Shown here: positions 9,739 through 17,633 of the stretch, piece after piece
Layout: each line of letters begins with the position of its first letter
How positions within the stretch are numbered: position 1 is the first letter of the stretch
Translations under genes and position numbers: made by a program
Source: Planctomycetota bacterium
GTDB taxonomy: Bacteria; Planctomycetota; UBA1135; GCA-002686595
Reading direction: 5' to 3'
DNA: 50,440 bases
NCBI GenBank assembly: GCA_047639415.1
Contig: JBLINP010000001.1
Location: 1 to 50,440 of the forward strand
The notes under the pieces: generated by a model
Databases searched by the model: none
Told to the model about the DNA's origin: nothing
What the model saw: the letters and a program-made list of their open reading frames with translations, nothing else

Positions 9739-10708
9739 GTCGAGTCCGCAATTTTGCCCCTATGATTTCTCAGTCGTGTCTATTTCGCCCCAACAACTAA
9801 GCCGCCATCACCAAGCCTCCAGCGCTCGAGCAGCACTCGACTTGCTGTTTCACTGGGGGGGTATTCTAGGGTGTGCTTACGCCGCGCATTACTTCGGTAC
9901 TTGGCCTGTGTATTTGGCGGCGCTCGTCCTAATCGCAGGCTTTCAGAACAGCCTGGTGAGCTTGGCCCACGAAGCTTGGCACAACAAAACCTTGCGCCCC
10001 ACCGGACTCAATCACGCGGTTGGCGCCTGGCTGTATGCCTATCCCGTTGGCCTGACCTACTACAACGATATGTATCGTCATATCGCTCACCATGAGTTTG
10101 TCGGAAAACCGAATGATCCCGATTGGGAAAATTACTCGAACGCGCACTTCGAAACGAAATCCAAAACGTTGCGCTTTCTATTCGGCAAATTGATCGGCAT
10201 GCACTTGGTCACTACGCTGGTGCACTACCTCGTCCGAGGCAAACCCAAGATAGTCGTCGATACGAGTACGAAGAAGCGATCGGTTCCGATCAAACGTGAA
10301 TTGCTTTGCGTGGGCATCGTTCAACTGATCCTTTTGGGAGGCTTCACCCTCTTCGGGCACTTCTGGGAATACTTAGTGCTTTGGATGTTGCCGCTTTCGA
10401 CCTTCACAAGTTTCTTCATTGCAACGCGCGCATTGCTCGAGCATGCCCACGCGCAGGCTCCTCCGGATCCCGACGAGCGACTGTTCGACTTCGCTCCCGG
10501 CCCAATTGGCCACTTCTTCTTTTCGCCCTGCCATTTCCATCTACACGCGCTGCACCACAAGTATCCCAGCGCGCCGCACTACCGCTTGCCCAAATTGAAG
10601 CGTGAGCTTGCCGATGAAAATGGATTGGGCTATCCGGGATCCCAACGCGGCGGATACATTCAAGCGCTAGGAGAGTACGTAGGCCAACTCTCGCAGACGA
10701 CCAAGTAA
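9707..10708 (+). CDS. Membrane fatty-acid-desaturase-family di-iron enzyme (three histidine boxes)
   Basis: The histidine boxes are HEAWHN, HIAHHE and HLHALHH, with hydrophobic segments between them. The start is uncertain. ATG 9707 overlaps asd by 32 nt, and an in-frame GTG at 9776 would remove the overlap. Confidence 0.8.
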   Translation: MWHVDFCQTAKSSPQFCPYDFSVVSISPQQLSRHHQASSARAALDLLFHWGGILGCAYAAHYFGTWPVYLAALVLIAGFQNSLVSLAHEAWHNKTLRPTGLNHAVGAWLYAYPVGLTYYNDMYRHIAHHEFVGKPNDPDWENYSNAHFETKSKTLRFLFGKLIGMHLVTTLVHYLVRGKPKIVVDTSTKKRSVPIKRELLCVGIVQLILLGGFTLFGHFWEYLVLWMLPLSTFTSFFIATRALLEHAHAQAPPDPDERLFDFAPGPIGHFFFSPCHFHLHALHHKYPSAPHYRLPKLKRELADENGLGYPGSQRGGYIQALGEYVGQLSQTTK

Positions 10709-10734
10709 GGGCAGCGAATCGCCCCTTCACAGCC

Positions 10735-11733
10735 ATGACTGAAACAGAGCAGCCCAATAGCCCGATCATTCATGACGGCTTTCAACTCGTAAGTTGCAAC
10801 TATTGCGGCGCCGACGATTACTCAACCGTTGTCGACATCGATAAGGATTACGAGTACGACGGCATTATCGATGCCAAATACGCACTGCGATCCTTTCGGA
10901 TGGTGCGGTGCAATCAATGCAGCTTGGTCTACATCAATCCGCAGCCGACTCAAGCAGAGGTGATGCACTACTACCCCTCCGGGCAGTACTGCTGTTTTGC
11001 TCAACTGCCTCCCAAAGGTCTGTTGATGTCGATTCTGTATCGGATGATGGTGTCTATGAAGCGCCGGGCGGTCATGCCGTCCATGCCCGACGACGGCGTG
11101 CTGCTCGATTTCGGTTGCGGCACAGGCCATTGGCTGGTAGCTCTCAAGCAAGGCGCCAAACCCGGGCAACGCTTCATTGGCATCGACGCCAGCGAAGGCG
11201 CCATCGACAAGCTGAAAGCGGCCGGTATCGAAGCCTACGTCGGTGACGATCAGGTGCTGCTCGATGAACTCGAGGAGAATAGCGTCGATGTGATCTTGCT
11301 GACCCACGTCATCGAGCACGTTCCCGATCCCAAGCAAACGCTAGCGCGCCTAGCGCGAGTCTTGAAGCCAGGCGGAGTGATTCACGGAGTGACTCCGAAC
11401 GTCGATGCCTGGGACACTCGTCGCTATGGAAAGTATTGGGGCGGATGGCATGCGCCCAGGCACTTCATCTTGTTCGACGACGTCATGCTTCGAAAGTATG
11501 TCAGCGAAGCGGACTTGGAGTTCGACCAACTCACTTGGGACATGGAGGGCGCCAGCCACTGGGCAGTTTCGATGCACACCAAGCTTGCGGAGAAGAAGGG
11601 CTTTCGCCCCAGCCCCACGAAATGGCGCATGGGCATCTACCCGCTCTTCCTGCTGATCTCGATGCCAATCGGAATCATTCAGAAGCTGCTCTCCAAGACC
11701 AGCGTGATGTCGTTCGTCTTGCGAAAGCCCTAG
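10735..11733 (+). CDS. Class I SAM-dependent methyltransferase with an N-terminal Cys4 zinc-ribbon-like motif
   Basis: Motif I is LLDFGCGTGHW, followed by an acidic post-I residue (IGIDAS). The N-terminus has CNYCG...(x33)...CNQCS. The TAG stop (11731..11733) is the first three bases of the 202-bp repeat element. Confidence 0.8.
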   Translation: MTETEQPNSPIIHDGFQLVSCNYCGADDYSTVVDIDKDYEYDGIIDAKYALRSFRMVRCNQCSLVYINPQPTQAEVMHYYPSGQYCCFAQLPPKGLLMSILYRMMVSMKRRAVMPSMPDDGVLLDFGCGTGHWLVALKQGAKPGQRFIGIDASEGAIDKLKAAGIEAYVGDDQVLLDELEENSVDVILLTHVIEHVPDPKQTLARLARVLKPGGVIHGVTPNVDAWDTRRYGKYWGGWHAPRHFILFDDVMLRKYVSEADLEFDQLTWDMEGASHWAVSMHTKLAEKKGFRPSPTKWRMGIYPLFLLISMPIGIIQKLLSKTSVMSFVLRKP

Positions 11734-11932
11734 CCCGAATTATTCATGAACACGCGGACCAAACACCACGAACGACCGGCACTGCCGGTCTATTGGTTCC
11801 TGCTGGCACTTTGCAGATACTGGCGTCCTCAACGACCTTACAAGGTCGTCTGCGGGGGCAAGTATCCGCAAAGTGCCAGCAGGAACCAATTCGAGGCGTT
11901 TTGCCTCGCGGTTCATGAATAATCCGGGCTAG
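11731..11932. mobile_element. 202-bp nested-palindrome repeat element, copy 1 (MITE-like; TA-flanked)
   Basis: Same length and orientation as 25971..26172, with 199/202 identical by hand alignment. The 21-nt terminal inverted repeats are TAGCCCGAATTATTCATGAAC and GTTCATGAATAATCCGGGCTA. An internal ~30-bp inverted repeat surrounds a central hairpin. The element has no coding capacity of its own. Confidence 0.75.
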
Positions 11933-11936
11933 CAGT

Positions 11937-11961
11937 CGGTGGCAAAAGTCTTTTGCCACCG
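11937..11961. repeat. Perfect 25-nt palindrome (12-bp arms): CGGTGGCAAAAG-T-CTTTTGCCACCG
   Basis: Read directly from the sequence. It lies between two convergent genes and could act as a bidirectional terminator stem, but no U-tract follows it on either strand. Confidence 0.6.
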
Positions 11962-12020
11962 CCTACTAGCCGAGCCTACTAGCCGAGCCTACTAGCCGAG
12001 CCTACTAGCCGAGCCTACTC
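11962..12020. repeat. 13-bp tandem repeat CCTACTAGCCGAG x4 plus a partial fifth unit
   Basis: The four perfect units are at 11962..11974, 11975..11987, 11988..12000 and 12001..12013. A partial unit CCTACTC at 12014..12020 contains the stop codon (12015..12017) of the minus-strand gene. Confidence 0.9.
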
Positions 12021-14471
12021 GTCGTGCTTGCTCGCGGACAAGCTACCCGTCGTGAAGCTGAGCATGCCCACGAGATAGATTGCCACCGAGACTAGAGAGA
12101 CCGTGCGGAAGCCGGACTCCATCGCGATCACGATGCACAGGATCGATGCGACGACACTCGCTCCGCCGTTGACACCCAATGCCCAGGGCACCAGTTGCGG
12201 CGAGAGACGCTTGAGGCGCGACAGACCGAGCGGGAACGGCATGCCCATCAAGAAGTTCATCGGGGCCAGGAGGCACATCACGATCGCGACGCGAACGGGA
12301 AGTTCGAACTTGAGTGCACCGTCCAACGCGGTTTCGAGAATGATGGCGAGCGCTATGATCGCGACACCAAGGAGTGGAACGATCTTTTGAAGTGCACGTG
12401 CTTCACGACCTTCGAAGCGACTCGAGTAGAGGCTGCCCAAGCCGGCGAACAAAAGGAAGCTACACAGGGTCACGGTGAGGGAATACGTCGGGTGGCCGAG
12501 GAAGAGCACCAAACGCTGAATGGTGCTGATCTCCAAGAACATAAATCCTGCGCCGAGGCCCAAGAAGTAGATCATGTGACGGCCGGCACTCGGTGCCGTT
12601 AAGCCCTTGCGCTTCAGAAGCAGTAGCGGCAGGAAGACCAGTACGGCCACGAGAAGTGTCGTTTGGATCAACAGAGTGGCGAGAATCTTCAAGCCGATCG
12701 GTCCCCCGCTCATCTCATACCAGTCGGTATTTTCGCCAGTCTCAAACAGCGCTCCCCAGTGATGGAAGTTGAAGAAGAAGGGCGCGTCGTCGTTAACCGG
12801 CCTCACATCCCACTGGTAGTTCGAGTAGAAGGCCTCTTCGGTTCCTGCGTCGATTGCGGACGCTAAATCAGCAAAGGGGCCTGACGTACGGCCCGGCAGA
12901 TAGGAGGCTTTGTGTCCCGGCCAGTGCTCGTCCGACAAGGCGTAGCGATCGAGTGCGGCATCGCTAAACGGCTCCATCGAGAAGGCGATAGCCGAAAAGC
13001 GCACGATCAAATCGGGAACCTTCGGATGGACTAATTCGTGAGCGATAACGACGGCATGCTTCGAAGGATTCTCAATCCCGCGCTTCCGCAACTCGGTCAT
13101 GCCGATGGCCATCAGACGCAACAGTTCACGAGGCGGATCGTAGGCCAGTCGAATAAAGCCCAGCGTTCCGCTCGGCTTCAAGTGGTCGAAGTACTCGCCC
13201 AGGGCTTCCGAAGTGTAGAGGTAGGACTCGGAAAGCACGTAGGCGCCCGCGTTGCCAGCGGTGTAAGTATCGGTACCCGATAACTGAATGTGGTCGAACT
13301 TGTCGTCCAACCGACGCAATGTGCTGCGGCCTTCGCCAACGCGAACTTCTACGCCCGGTCGGTGATAGATGTCGCCGTTGAAGTCGGCGTAATCTTCGCC
13401 AACTAGCTTCACCGTTTCAGCGTTGATTTCGATGCCGATCACGCTCTTTACGCCCTGCGCGAGCGCGTGACGCAAATCGATTCCCCCACCGATTCCAATC
13501 GCAAGCACCTCCATCGAATCGCGGGTTCCCGCTAATTCGTGCGGCAAGTACCCCACGGTGTTCAGCGAGATCGGCGGTATACCCTTCCAACTCTCGTCGG
13601 AATGCATGACGGTAATCGCGTCACCGTCTTGATAGATATTGATGGCCTTGTCGGGAAGCTCCAACATCGAGAGGCGACAGATCGTGCTCCATCGCGATTC
13701 GTGCTCAACCACACCGGCTGTCTCCGCCAACATGTGGGACTCGGCTTTATTGGGAGCGACTTTGACCTCAAGGGCCGTCGGCGCGACGGTAAAGAGCCAC
13801 CCCAATACCAAAATCGTGACGAGCGATGCGATACGAGCGAAGCCGAAGGCTCCCGGGTTAGCGGGCGCTATTTTGCCTTTGCGCAAAAAGGACAGCGCTG
13901 CGAGCGGGCCCGTTAAGGCGCAAACCACGAGCAGTTGTTCGGCTCCGAGCGGGGCGACCAAAACGATGAATGCCCACGCGCCCAATGCGCTGCCCACCAA
14001 GTTGATGAAGTAGAGCTTGTGCACGACCTTCGCCACCGAGAGCGCGATGACGACGACCAAACCTCCGAATAGGTAAGGCACGAGCAGATAGCTGTAGAAT
14101 ACTCCCAGCGTGAAGAGATGTCCGTCCGCTGTTAGATCCGCTGCATGCCCCGCCGTGGCGGAAAGGATCAAGTATCCAATGATCGAGGAAGCGGCGAACA
14201 GAATCGCGCACCAGGCCAAACGGACGCGCGGATCTCCTTCGAGAAACTTGGGGCGAACCGTAACCACGCTCCCGGCAACTCCGAAACCGAGCAGGGTCAT
14301 CGACACCACCATGTAGGAATGGTGATGCCACATTTGGACGGAGAGCACTCTGGTCAACAAGACCTGCAGTGCGAGCACTGCGGCTGAGATCAGAAACAGA
14401 CCGAGTCCGAGCGAGTAGTTTGGGCTCTCGCCCGCTCCGGACGGTGATGATGCGTCGTTAGATGACTTCAT
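12015..14471 (-). CDS. Polytopic membrane protein with a central spermidine-synthase-like (aminopropyltransferase-fold) domain
   Basis: Many hydrophobic helices lie at both ends. The central domain has VLAIGIGGGIDLRHAL, GIEINAETVKL and DHIQLSGTD, matching the spermidine synthase layout. I chose the start at MKSSND (cat at 14469..14471); the track ORF extends to 14522. Confidence 0.7.
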   Translation of the reverse strand: MKSSNDASSPSGAGESPNYSLGLGLFLISAAVLALQVLLTRVLSVQMWHHHSYMVVSMTLLGFGVAGSVVTVRPKFLEGDPRVRLAWCAILFAASSIIGYLILSATAGHAADLTADGHLFTLGVFYSYLLVPYLFGGLVVVIALSVAKVVHKLYFINLVGSALGAWAFIVLVAPLGAEQLLVVCALTGPLAALSFLRKGKIAPANPGAFGFARIASLVTILVLGWLFTVAPTALEVKVAPNKAESHMLAETAGVVEHESRWSTICRLSMLELPDKAINIYQDGDAITVMHSDESWKGIPPISLNTVGYLPHELAGTRDSMEVLAIGIGGGIDLRHALAQGVKSVIGIEINAETVKLVGEDYADFNGDIYHRPGVEVRVGEGRSTLRRLDDKFDHIQLSGTDTYTAGNAGAYVLSESYLYTSEALGEYFDHLKPSGTLGFIRLAYDPPRELLRLMAIGMTELRKRGIENPSKHAVVIAHELVHPKVPDLIVRFSAIAFSMEPFSDAALDRYALSDEHWPGHKASYLPGRTSGPFADLASAIDAGTEEAFYSNYQWDVRPVNDDAPFFFNFHHWGALFETGENTDWYEMSGGPIGLKILATLLIQTTLLVAVLVFLPLLLLKRKGLTAPSAGRHMIYFLGLGAGFMFLEISTIQRLVLFLGHPTYSLTVTLCSFLLFAGLGSLYSSRFEGREARALQKIVPLLGVAIIALAIILETALDGALKFELPVRVAIVMCLLAPMNFLMGMPFPLGLSRLKRLSPQLVPWALGVNGGASVVASILCIVIAMESGFRTVSLVSVAIYLVGMLSFTTGSLSASKHDE

Positions 14472-14565
14472 AGGCGCGACATGATGGGCCAAGCGTGGGG
14501 CGTGGTGAAGGGGTTGGCCCAAGTTTCAATCAGGCAATCGTCAATTGAGGCCCTGGATCTGATTA

Positions 14566-15165
14566 TTAATCGGCGAGAGTGACGCCAGGACCGTCCCCTT
14601 CGTAGAGTCGGAACCCCTCGCTCACGTCGTAGGTCAGGAGCAAACTATCCGGTCGGCCACATCGGCTCACGATCTCACGCAGCCAATCTTCCTCACCTGG
14701 CCACGGGTAGGCGTAGATCAAATCGAACTCGTCCAAGCCGATTCCGAGCTCTTCGTAGGCCTCGGCGCCACTGGTCGGCGTCCAGTGATCCGGTGGTAAC
14801 AGTTCGGATTCCTCCTCGAATTCCGGGGGCACAAAGGTGCCCTCGACGAAGGTCGCTCCCGAATTGAATTGAACGGCTAAGTCCGACGAGCGATCGACCA
14901 ACCAGGGTTCGTGCTCGATGCCGTAGGCCTCGAAGCCCAAAAGGTCGGCCATGATGGTGATCACACCCGAGGCCGATCCGAATTCGACGAAGCTGCTGGC
15001 CCGGTCGGTCAGTTGAGCCAGTGCTCGGTAGGCGCCGGGCTGGTCGCTGGGAATAAACAAGTGGAAGCGATCCTTCTCTCGCTCTCGAAAGGTACTCCAG
15101 ATTTCATCGCCCTCGCGAATGAGCATTTCTAACTGCTCGGGCTGCATAGCTGGCTTTTGATTCAT
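14566..15165 (-). CDS. Small hypothetical protein with a methyltransferase-fold-like motif
   Basis: 199 aa. FVEFGSASGVITIMADLLGFEAYGIEHEP resembles SAM-binding motif I followed by an acidic residue. It sits 95 bp upstream of the spermidine-synthase-like gene on the same strand. The functional call is weak. Confidence 0.4.
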   Translation of the reverse strand: MNQKPAMQPEQLEMLIREGDEIWSTFREREKDRFHLFIPSDQPGAYRALAQLTDRASSFVEFGSASGVITIMADLLGFEAYGIEHEPWLVDRSSDLAVQFNSGATFVEGTFVPPEFEEESELLPPDHWTPTSGAEAYEELGIGLDEFDLIYAYPWPGEEDWLREIVSRCGRPDSLLLTYDVSEGFRLYEGDGPGVTLAD

Positions 15166-15198
15166 AAGAGCGGGGCGACTTCTTTATCAGCCCAAAGG

Positions 15199-17463
15199 TT
15201 AGCGCCGACGACGGCTCGAACCCGTTTGGAGATCACGTCGCCCAACCGGCGAATCCACATTGTCGAAAGCAGGCAGAATCAAAAGCTTGGGGTCGAGTGC
15301 ATCCAGTGCTGCTTGAACGGTATCTGCCAAGGTCTGATTCTCGACTTGCTGAAGTGAAGCGAGCAACATCTGCGCGGTGGAGACAGGTGTCAATCCAAGT
15401 CCATCGAGACTAGCTGCGGCTTCGGACCGACGCTGAAAGCTACTCAGAATTTCAACTACTGCCGTTTCGAAATCCTGGCGTTCCAGCGATAAGCGTGCGA
15501 GCCCCGCCAACGCGAGAGCAATGTAATGATCGGCGCCGTTTTGTTCGCCATCCCCGGTATCCACCACCGTTCGCTCGAAGTGCGCAATGCCACGTATGTA
15601 GGCCGCTCGCGCAAGATCGGGCTGGCCACCGCGTCGATGAAACTCAGCGGTGACTAAGGACGCGTAGCCCGCGTACCACAGAAAACCGGGCGGGACATTG
15701 AGTCCCGACAATTTGGATTCATAAACAGATTCCAATTCTTCCAAGCCACCTTGCGCGATGACCCCACCGCGCAAACGCGCGTGTAGATCCCACGATTCCG
15801 GAAATCTCTGCAAACCGTTTTCAAGCACGAGCGCCGCTTGTTCAGGAACATTCAAGCTCCAGATGAAATCATAGTGCGCCACGACTTGCGCCACCGTTCC
15901 GTACGGGCTGTCGGCGAGCACCGTGTACGCCGCGTTGACATCGGTCAACCACTCAGGAGGCCAGGTGTTTTGATTGCGCTCGGCCATAAAGATCGAACGC
16001 TGTCGTGCTTGCGCAAACACCGCCAAGCAAGCCATGGCAGTCCACCCCTCAGCTCCAGGCGGCATCGATTTGGCGGCGGCCTCTGCTCGTTCATAACCAA
16101 TGCGCCTGCGCCCAAGGTAAGTGTTCGCGAGGGCAATAATGGCATCGACTCGCCAATTGGATAAGCCCAGTTCTTCAGCGCGCTCTGCCGTTCGAAGGGC
16201 ATCTTCAAAAAGCAACGAAGCGTACTTCATGGCTTTCGCACTACCGGGCGCAAGCAGTCCAGCATTGTCGGGATTGACGCCATACGAGAGGTACGCTTCG
16301 GCTAACTCCAGCTTAGAAGCCGCGTCCTCTGGGAATGCCTGCGACGCCTGGGCTTTGTACTCGAGTTGGGGATTCGCACGAGAGAGTCCGTTCACGATTT
16401 GATCACTGTTCCCGCGTACGCTCGCTTTGGACCAACTCGAAACGTCAACAGTTTGTGAACTTTGTCCAAGCCCGCGATGGACGACAGCCATGGTGCGCGC
16501 CTTTTGCGACGACTCGCCTAAGCGCTCGAGTGCTGCCACTAGAGCCTCACGCTCTTCAGCGGTTGTCGAAATGTTCAACGCTTCGATCAGCAAGTCCACC
16601 GATTGCACATCAGTGCTTTGAGCGATCGAAATTCGCGCGAGTCGAACCAAGTCGAGATCGAGATCGAAGAGCGCGAGCCGCAAAAGTCCCGGTTGCACAA
16701 TCTCGGGTTCCGCGAGCATCTTTTCAAGAAGTGCCCGTCGCACGGAACGACTTCCGGCTCGATAGGCCTCTTCTACTTTTGTTCGATCGCTATTGTCACG
16801 ACTTTCAACCAGGTCAAAGAGATCCTTTTCTATGTCGGGAACATCGGGAGGAGCGGGACGGTTCGCGATACCGGCTCGAATGGTTTCAAAAACAGAAGCC
16901 GTATCAAAGGCGTAGTAGACGTCGTAGGACTCGGCAAAAGCTCCCGACTCTTCGATTTCTACCATGACGTGTCGCGGAGCAACGCGCGTCCCTTCGAAAA
17001 ATCCATCGAACAATCCCGGTTCAATGGCAATGTGCTCGCCGCAAGTGACTCCACCAAAGCGCGGACACAAAACACGCTGTCCATCCTCGTCGAAATCGCG
17101 AGGAGTGTGCCGATATACCGAAGCAATCACGGCGACATAAGGATCGTAGAGACTCGCCGTTTCCTCCCTGCGGTAGCGAATCCCCGCATAATGCTCGCTG
17201 GCAATCTCCCCATCCATGTTGACGCAAATCAAAATCGGCTTACCAGATTTTCGTGCCACATCGACGGCGTCTTCGAAGGTTCGCTGCCAGTCGACCAAGC
17301 AAGGCAAGGCCCAATCAGCTTCTGTGGGAGCGGGCCACATCGCCTCGCGCGAGCCCGGGGCCGGCTGCCCGGTCTGGGCCTGAAGCCCGATCGCAAATGC
17401 GAAGAGGTTCGCGAAGCAAATCGTCGCCCTGACGGAAGTGGATCTGACTAATGATTTGTTCAT
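15199..17463 (-). CDS. Secreted 754-aa protein: thioredoxin-fold-like N-terminal region plus HEAT/TPR-like helical repeats (function unknown)
   Basis: The N-terminus is signal-like (ATICFANLFAFAIGLQAQ). W..TFEDAVDVARKSGKPILICVNMDGEIASEH resembles the DUF255/thioredoxin-like layout but lacks a CxxC. The remainder is long and helical. Confidence 0.5.
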   Translation of the reverse strand: MNKSLVRSTSVRATICFANLFAFAIGLQAQTGQPAPGSREAMWPAPTEADWALPCLVDWQRTFEDAVDVARKSGKPILICVNMDGEIASEHYAGIRYRREETASLYDPYVAVIASVYRHTPRDFDEDGQRVLCPRFGGVTCGEHIAIEPGLFDGFFEGTRVAPRHVMVEIEESGAFAESYDVYYAFDTASVFETIRAGIANRPAPPDVPDIEKDLFDLVESRDNSDRTKVEEAYRAGSRSVRRALLEKMLAEPEIVQPGLLRLALFDLDLDLVRLARISIAQSTDVQSVDLLIEALNISTTAEEREALVAALERLGESSQKARTMAVVHRGLGQSSQTVDVSSWSKASVRGNSDQIVNGLSRANPQLEYKAQASQAFPEDAASKLELAEAYLSYGVNPDNAGLLAPGSAKAMKYASLLFEDALRTAERAEELGLSNWRVDAIIALANTYLGRRRIGYERAEAAAKSMPPGAEGWTAMACLAVFAQARQRSIFMAERNQNTWPPEWLTDVNAAYTVLADSPYGTVAQVVAHYDFIWSLNVPEQAALVLENGLQRFPESWDLHARLRGGVIAQGGLEELESVYESKLSGLNVPPGFLWYAGYASLVTAEFHRRGGQPDLARAAYIRGIAHFERTVVDTGDGEQNGADHYIALALAGLARLSLERQDFETAVVEILSSFQRRSEAAASLDGLGLTPVSTAQMLLASLQQVENQTLADTVQAALDALDPKLLILPAFDNVDSPVGRRDLQTGSSRRRR

Positions 17464-17633
17464 AGTTGGGTGGCCTTCAAGGCGCGTGAGACAGCAGCCT
17501 ACTCACGGAACCGAGTTCAGCAAAGTCCGTAAAGCCGTTGAAAGCAGGCGAATTGACCTTGTAGCTAAATCTACCGACAGGAATACTCAAGCCTTGCTCA
17601 CTGCGCTTCAAACTGAGCACTTCTCGGGCTCCT

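Noticed and set aside
11744-11959. ORFs running through the 202-bp elements (11744..11959, 11436..11918, 25984..26466), which give near-identical peptides (ARIIHEPRGKTPRIGSCWHFADTCPRRRPCKVVEDASICKVPAGTNRPAVPVV).
   Set aside because: The peptide identity follows from the DNA repeat. The sequence is a nested palindrome with no start context or domain features, so a non-coding repeat is the simpler explanation.
11962-12020. The short direct repeat arrays (13-bp x4 here, 46-bp x2 at 37787..37878) were checked as possible CRISPR arrays.
   Set aside because: The units are directly adjacent with no spacers, the repeat lengths are atypical and there are no cas genes.
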